A stretch of 35,259 nucleotides of DNA from a virus, in the IMG/VR virus record IMGVR_UViG_3300045988_102484; one strand, given 5' to 3'. The position numbers and the translations under genes were made by a program. Shown here in pieces: positions 30,956 through 35,259 of this stretch. The notes under the pieces are model-generated. The model searched no databases. It saw only the letters and a list, made by a program, of their open reading frames with translations, and was not told where the DNA came from. How positions within the stretch are numbered: position 1 is the stretch's first letter; every line of letters begins with the position of its first letter.

Positions 30956-31316
30956 CGCCATTGCGACCGGAAAGCAAGCGGCTACATCAGCGTTTCAGCT
31001 TTTCGGAGCGGTCGGATCTCCGGCTGATCCGAACATCGAGGACTACCGTGAAGACTTGGAAACCTACCGCGACTTGCACGCCGTCGCTGTGGTTCTGTCA
31101 ATCCTGCAGGACGAGGGGAAGGACATCGTCGTTGACGCGGTGCGGCAGATTTACATTGAGCCGTTCAAGGAGAACGTGAGCCGCAAGCGCGTCATTGATG
31201 ACCGCGTGATACGCTTTTCCATGACGCGGTACGTGTCGGTTCGGTCTGTTTACCGATACCTGCTGGACGCGCGTAGGCTGTTCGCGTCGGTTCGATTTCC
31301 AAGCAAATTTGTGTAA
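30939..31316 (+). CDS. ArpU/RinA-like late-gene transcriptional activator
   Basis: Internal ATG of track ORF 30876..31316, 125 aa. The C-terminal segment ..RVIRFSMTRYVSVRSVYRYLLDARRLFASV resembles the region-4-like HTH of the ArpU family. Lies immediately upstream of terS. Confidence 0.5.
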   Translation: MQANANAIATGKQAATSAFQLFGAVGSPADPNIEDYREDLETYRDLHAVAVVLSILQDEGKDIVVDAVRQIYIEPFKENVSRKRVIDDRVIRFSMTRYVSVRSVYRYLLDARRLFASVRFPSKFV

Positions 31317-31328
31317 AATGCCGAAAAG

Positions 31329-31374
31329 GTGCCCTTTTACTGTCAGAATAATGACAGGAGCAGGGCACTTTTTT
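31329..31374 (+). terminator. Compound hairpin terminator between the late regulator and terS
   Basis: Outer stem GTGCCC/GGGCAC (31329-34 / 31363-68), inner stem CTGTCA/TGACAG (31340-45 / 31352-57), then T6. Confidence 0.7.
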
Positions 31375-31417
31375 GGTTTAGAATGATAGCATGGACTACA
31401 ACGAAAGGAGGTGCACC

Positions 31418-31843
31418 ATGTCCGAGAAAAGTGAAGAAGCGCGGAAGAGGTACCAAGCGCCTCAGTTTGTCGCGGGCTCAGCCCGGGCGAGCGAAGCTGG
31501 AAAAAAAGGAGCTGCCGCGTCTGCAAGGAAGCGAGCCGAACGCGCTTTGATTCGTAAGACACTGGAGGATGTTCTTTCCAGCGACTTCCCTATGAAAGAC
31601 GAGAAAAAGCGCCTCCGACTGCTCGGGTTCGATCCGAAAACGGTACAGCAAGCGCTTGTCATGTCGGTGATTGCCAAAGCGATCCAGGACGGGAACAACA
31701 AGGCACTGATTCAATACGCTCAGCTCTTGGGTGAGCTTGAATTCACGGACAACGGATCCTCCAAGGTTGACGCTATACTCGCGGAGATTGACCGCAAGGC
31801 GGAGGACGACCGATGCGAAGTCGAAGACGATGGCGACGCTTGA
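31418..31843 (+). CDS. terS: Terminase small subunit
   Basis: AAAGGAGGTGCACC-ATG (internal to track ORF 31391). 141 aa. Has a basic ..GKKGAAASARKRAERA.. segment and the helical ..AKAIQDGNNKALIQYAQLLGE.. pattern typical of TerS. Overlaps terL. Confidence 0.65.
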   Translation: MSEKSEEARKRYQAPQFVAGSARASEAGKKGAAASARKRAERALIRKTLEDVLSSDFPMKDEKKRLRLLGFDPKTVQQALVMSVIAKAIQDGNNKALIQYAQLLGELEFTDNGSSKVDAILAEIDRKAEDDRCEVEDDGDA

Positions 31844-33053
31844 CCTGACGGCAAAGCAGCGCGAGTTCTGGCGCGGCTGTACACATCGTTGGAACATCAA
31901 ATGCGGCGCCACACGTAGCGGAAAGACGTACCTCGATTACTTCCTGATCCCTCGCCGTTTGCGCGACACAGCCGGTCTTGAAGGTCTTGCGGTCATTATG
32001 GGCGCAACACAGGCGACCGTCAGACGGAACATCATCGAGCCGATGAAGCGCATCTGGGGGGACGATCTGGTCGGGGATATCCGGAACGACAACACGGTGC
32101 AGCTGTTCGGCGAGCGGTGCTTTGTCATCGGCGCCGACAAGGTCAGCCAAGTTGACAAGGTGCGCGGCGCGTCCATCAAATACTGCTATGGTGACGAGGT
32201 CGTGACGTGGCATCAAGAGGTTTTCGAGATGCTCAAAACGCGACTTGATAAGCCGTACAGCAAGTGCGACGCGACATGCAATCCTGGAAGCCCGGAGCAT
32301 TGGCTAAAGGCTTTCGTTGACTCATCCGGCGCGGATATATTCTACCAGCAATACACCATTTTTGACAATGATTTTCTTGATCCGGCTGTTCTTGCGGATA
32401 TGCTCCGCGAGAACAAAGGAATATACTACCAGCGCTATATACTCGGTCAATGGGTTCGCGCCGAGGGCGCGATTTACCGAGAGTTTGCGGACAATGAAGA
32501 GCAGTTTTTGATTGACGCGGACAAGCTGCCGCGCGAGCGATTCGGCGAGATTGTGATCGGGCAAGACTTCGGCGGACATAAATCCAAGCACGCATGGACT
32601 GCGACGGCAATCACGAGGGACTTGCGCGAATTGTATGTGCTTCGCTCCGAGGAATACGATGCGACCGGAATGGCGGTTGAGACTATGATCGAGCATTTCC
32701 GACGGTTCTACAGCGGGATCCGGGAGAGGTACGGGAACGTATCCGCCGTCTACGCAGACAGCGCAGAACAAGCGATAATCAACTCTGAGCGGATTTCCGG
32801 ACTGCCGGTCAGAAACAGCATAAAAAACGAGATAAACGACCGTATACGCGCTACCGATCGACTTCTGACCGGGCGGCGCATTCACGTCGTGCGCGGCGAA
32901 AATGCATCACTGTGCAAGGCGCTCCGCGAGGCGGTTTGGGATGACAAGTCAAAAAGCGATACTCGGCTTGACATCCCTGGCGTGACCAACATTTGCCCGC
33001 TTGACGCCTTCGAGTACTCCTGGGAGCACCGGATCCGCGCGCTTACGGCGTGA
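31830..33053 (+). CDS. terL: Terminase large subunit (PBSX/Terminase_3-like)
   Basis: 407 aa from ATG 31830. Walker A CGATRSGKT, Walker B-like IKYCYGDEV, and C-terminal nuclease block ..VYADSAEQAII.. Confidence 0.85.
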   Translation: MATLDLTAKQREFWRGCTHRWNIKCGATRSGKTYLDYFLIPRRLRDTAGLEGLAVIMGATQATVRRNIIEPMKRIWGDDLVGDIRNDNTVQLFGERCFVIGADKVSQVDKVRGASIKYCYGDEVVTWHQEVFEMLKTRLDKPYSKCDATCNPGSPEHWLKAFVDSSGADIFYQQYTIFDNDFLDPAVLADMLRENKGIYYQRYILGQWVRAEGAIYREFADNEEQFLIDADKLPRERFGEIVIGQDFGGHKSKHAWTATAITRDLRELYVLRSEEYDATGMAVETMIEHFRRFYSGIRERYGNVSAVYADSAEQAIINSERISGLPVRNSIKNEINDRIRATDRLLTGRRIHVVRGENASLCKALREAVWDDKSKSDTRLDIPGVTNICPLDAFEYSWEHRIRALTA

Positions 33054-34480
33054 ACATACGCAAGGGGGGACATACCGTGAGTATAACTTTTGAACCGGGA
33101 TGGCTTGCGGTTAACTTCCGCGCCGCTCTTGAGAAGGCACTCAATGTATTCGGGCAGAAGGGCAAGGCGACCGAGACCTTGATGCAGCAGAGGGTTGAGG
33201 AGACGTGGGCGCGTCAATACATGGCGACCGACAAGATCAATTTTGCCGAGATTTTTGCCGTTCGGCTGACAAACTATGCCGCCAACGGCTCAACTGTGGA
33301 ATGCGAGGACGAGGGGACCGGCGCAGTCCTGCGTTCCATGTGGTCGAAGCTGTACAAGTGGATGCCGCTCGGTATAGCAACCGGGCGCGTCTATCTACTG
33401 CCGTACATAGTCGGCGATAGCGTATACGTCTCGTTCGTTCCGCAGTCGCAAGTCATCGAGACCGACATGACCGGCGACGATGTGATCGGGTTTGTCTGCA
33501 TCGCGGACACAAAGGCGATGAACCACAAAGAATACTGCCGCATCGAGCACTACCACTACGACCGGGGAACCAGATCGTACAGCATCAGCAATAAGGCGGT
33601 CGAAAGAACCAGCGGGGCTGAGGTGCCGTTGGATATTATCCCGTCATGGAGTCAGATCCAGCCCGTAATTGTGTTCGCAGGAGTGGACGCGCCGCTCTTT
33701 GGGTTCGTTGACAGCCCGCGAGACAACAGGTTACCGTCCAAGCCTGCCGGAGCCGGCATACTGTACGGCTGCGAATCCACCGTAAAAGAGATCCTTGACT
33801 GTATTCGGCAGTACGAGACTGAATACAACAACACGGTGTCGGTTCTCGGCGTAAACCAAAGCCTTGCGGCGCCCGTGATTGATCCGGTCACTGGATTTGC
33901 AAGCGGCGTTGACACTTCCGCATTGCCGCCACGATACATCCGGTACAATGCAATCGGGAAGCTCGGAGCGGATCAGTCTGACCTGTTCTCCGTGTTCTCA
34001 CCGGACATTCGAGGGGAGGCGTATCGGTCAAGATTGCTTGACCTATTCGGGCGGCTGGAGCGTCAGGTTGGAACATCGTCCGGCATTCTGACGCCCGCAG
34101 AAACCGCACAGGCGACTGCGACGCAAGTCCGCAGAACGATGTACGACACGCTCTGCATGGTTGACCGCATTCGGGAAAGCGTTGAGCGTGCGGTTGATGA
34201 CGTAGCCTATGCCGTATCCGTTCAGCTTTCCGCAATCGGTCATGCGGTCGGTGACTATAAGCCGTCAATCACTTGGGGCGACGGCATGGAGACCGCCAAG
34301 GATGAGCACTTTGCAATGATGTCGCAGGCGCACTCCTCCGGCGTGATATCAGATGCCGAATATCGGCAGGAGGTATATCCGAGCGAGAGTATTGACGAAG
34401 CGCAGGAAGCGGTCGAGAAGATTCGTGCGGAAAAGCCGGATCCGCTGATGTCCATGTTCCCAGCGGAGGGTGACGAGTGA
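33050..34480 (+). CDS. Portal protein
   Basis: 476-aa ORF directly after terL (GTGA overlap). Alternative start GTG 33077 lies 6 nt after AAGGGGGGA. Size and position are typical, and the C-terminus is acidic. Confidence 0.75.
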   Translation: MNIRKGGHTVSITFEPGWLAVNFRAALEKALNVFGQKGKATETLMQQRVEETWARQYMATDKINFAEIFAVRLTNYAANGSTVECEDEGTGAVLRSMWSKLYKWMPLGIATGRVYLLPYIVGDSVYVSFVPQSQVIETDMTGDDVIGFVCIADTKAMNHKEYCRIEHYHYDRGTRSYSISNKAVERTSGAEVPLDIIPSWSQIQPVIVFAGVDAPLFGFVDSPRDNRLPSKPAGAGILYGCESTVKEILDCIRQYETEYNNTVSVLGVNQSLAAPVIDPVTGFASGVDTSALPPRYIRYNAIGKLGADQSDLFSVFSPDIRGEAYRSRLLDLFGRLERQVGTSSGILTPAETAQATATQVRRTMYDTLCMVDRIRESVERAVDDVAYAVSVQLSAIGHAVGDYKPSITWGDGMETAKDEHFAMMSQAHSSGVISDAEYRQEVYPSESIDEAQEAVEKIRAEKPDPLMSMFPAEGDE

Positions 34481-35259
34481 TGCAGCTGATACATGGAGAC
34501 TGCATCAGCGCAATGGAGCAGATGCCGGACGGTTCTGTTGACCTTATCCTGACGGATCCGCCGTACAACATCAAAGTCAAAAGAACCAAGAACGGGAAGG
34601 CGCGCACGGAGGAATGGGACTGCATCAAAGATTATCCGGATTTCATGATGCGGTGGATAACGCAAGCCAACCGGGTACTAAAGCCGCAAGGCGTCATGTA
34701 CTTTTTCCACAACGACATGAATCAGCTCCCGGAAATCATGGAGCGGATTCGGAAAGAAACAGACTTTGCGCTTATCTCGTTCCTGATATGGGACAAAGGG
34801 GAATGCCGGGCGCAAGCATGGAAATGCAGGGACGCCGAAAGCCACACCGCGTTGCGCTCGTGGTTCAACACATGCGAATATATCCTGCATTATGTTAAGA
34901 GCGGAGCCAGCAAAACAGAACGGGACAAGACAGGACTCGACCGGATATACAGCAACCCGGAGCTATTCCGACCGCTCAAAGAGTGGTATCGCTCCGAACT
35001 CAAGCGCCTCGGAAAGACGGAAGCGGAATTGATAGACTTTTACAAGCAAGTCACCGGAAAAGGAAGTGGAATGTTCCGCCACTATTTCAAAGATTCACAG
35101 TTTGAGATTCCAACGGCGGATGTATATCGAAAGGTGTTTTTCCCGTTCGGATTCCGCCGCGAGTATGAGGACTTGCGCCGCGAGTATGAGGACTTGCGCC
35201 GCGAGTATGAGGACTTGCGCCGCGAGTATGAGGACTTGCGCCGCGAGTATGAGGACTTG
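34480..35259 (+). CDS. DNA methyltransferase (N4/N6, beta-class), N-terminal half; runs off the window end and continues at base 1
   Basis: ATG 34480 overlaps the portal TGA. Encodes MQLIHGDCISAMEQMPDGSVDLILTDPPYN (DPPY at 34555..34566). There is no stop codon to the end of the window, so it is absent from the ORF track. The last 99 nt are REYEDLR repeats. Confidence 0.85.
   Translation, partial: MQLIHGDCISAMEQMPDGSVDLILTDPPYNIKVKRTKNGKARTEEWDCIKDYPDFMMRWITQANRVLKPQGVMYFFHNDMNQLPEIMERIRKETDFALISFLIWDKGECRAQAWKCRDAESHTALRSWFNTCEYILHYVKSGASKTERDKTGLDRIYSNPELFRPLKEWYRSELKRLGKTEAELIDFYKQVTGKGSGMFRHYFKDSQFEIPTADVYRKVFFPFGFRREYEDLRREYEDLRREYEDLRREYEDLRREYEDL
35161..35259 (+). repeat. 21-bp tandem repeat GAGTATGAGGACTTGCGCCGC (4 full copies + 15 nt)
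   Basis: Units at 35161, 35182, 35203 and 35224, plus a partial unit at 35245..35259. All copies are identical. Confidence 0.95.

Larger units (their letters stand above)
1..35259. mobile_element. Complete temperate tailed-phage genome, circularly permuted (window opened inside a methyltransferase gene)
   Basis: Full set of modules is present: TerS/TerL/portal/capsid/tail, integrase+repressor+attP, recombination/replication. Both ends consist of the same 21-bp repeat in the same phase, and the open reading frame at the 3' end continues into the 5' end. Confidence 0.85.

Noticed and set aside
35161-35259. The 21-bp repeats at both ends as a CRISPR array or phage terminal repeats (DTR)
   Set aside because: The units are directly abutting with no spacers and are in frame within a methyltransferase ORF. 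The overlap restores a single gene, so this is a coding VNTR at an assembly break point rather than a CRISPR array or a packaging DTR.

Overview
The window is a complete ~35.2-kb genome of a temperate tailed dsDNA phage. Its two ends overlap inside a 21-bp tandem repeat, so the linear window is a circle opened within a DNA methyltransferase gene. Signals look Firmicutes/Clostridia-like: AGGAGG ribosome-binding sites, ATGA/GTGA-coupled genes and a visibly GC-rich sequence. The host is inferred, not shown.

Gene order on the + strand:
- Packaging and head: methyltransferase C-terminal half, MuF/SPP1 gp7-like head morphogenesis protein, scaffold, major capsid, three head-tail joining proteins.
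- Tail and host recognition (4.3-16.1 kb): large tail/fibre proteins, including a 1108-aa protein with two SGNH-esterase modules. I see no recognisable tape measure.
- Three membrane proteins (16.1-18.3 kb), with no recognisable endolysin anywhere.
- A terminator-bracketed five-gene accessory operon (18.5-20.9 kb) that includes a BclA C-terminal-domain/C1q-like protein.

Minus-strand lysogeny side:
- A three-gene operon (unknown protein, RHH protein, low-GC gene) under a perfect consensus promoter with an 18-bp palindrome.
- attP carrying a tRNA 3' end, then a tyrosine integrase, a membrane protein and an XRE repressor.

Back on the + strand:
- A consensus early promoter with phased direct repeats and a ~300-nt structured leader.
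- Small early genes, a Rad52-like annealing protein, SSB, and a replisome-organiser-like gene containing iterons and a polypyrimidine tract (putative ori).
- Remnants of a dUTPase and a second methyltransferase, RusA, an ArpU/RinA-like late regulator, a terminator, TerS, TerL, portal, and the methyltransferase N-terminal half.

All functional calls come from motifs and gene order read by eye. No database search was run.
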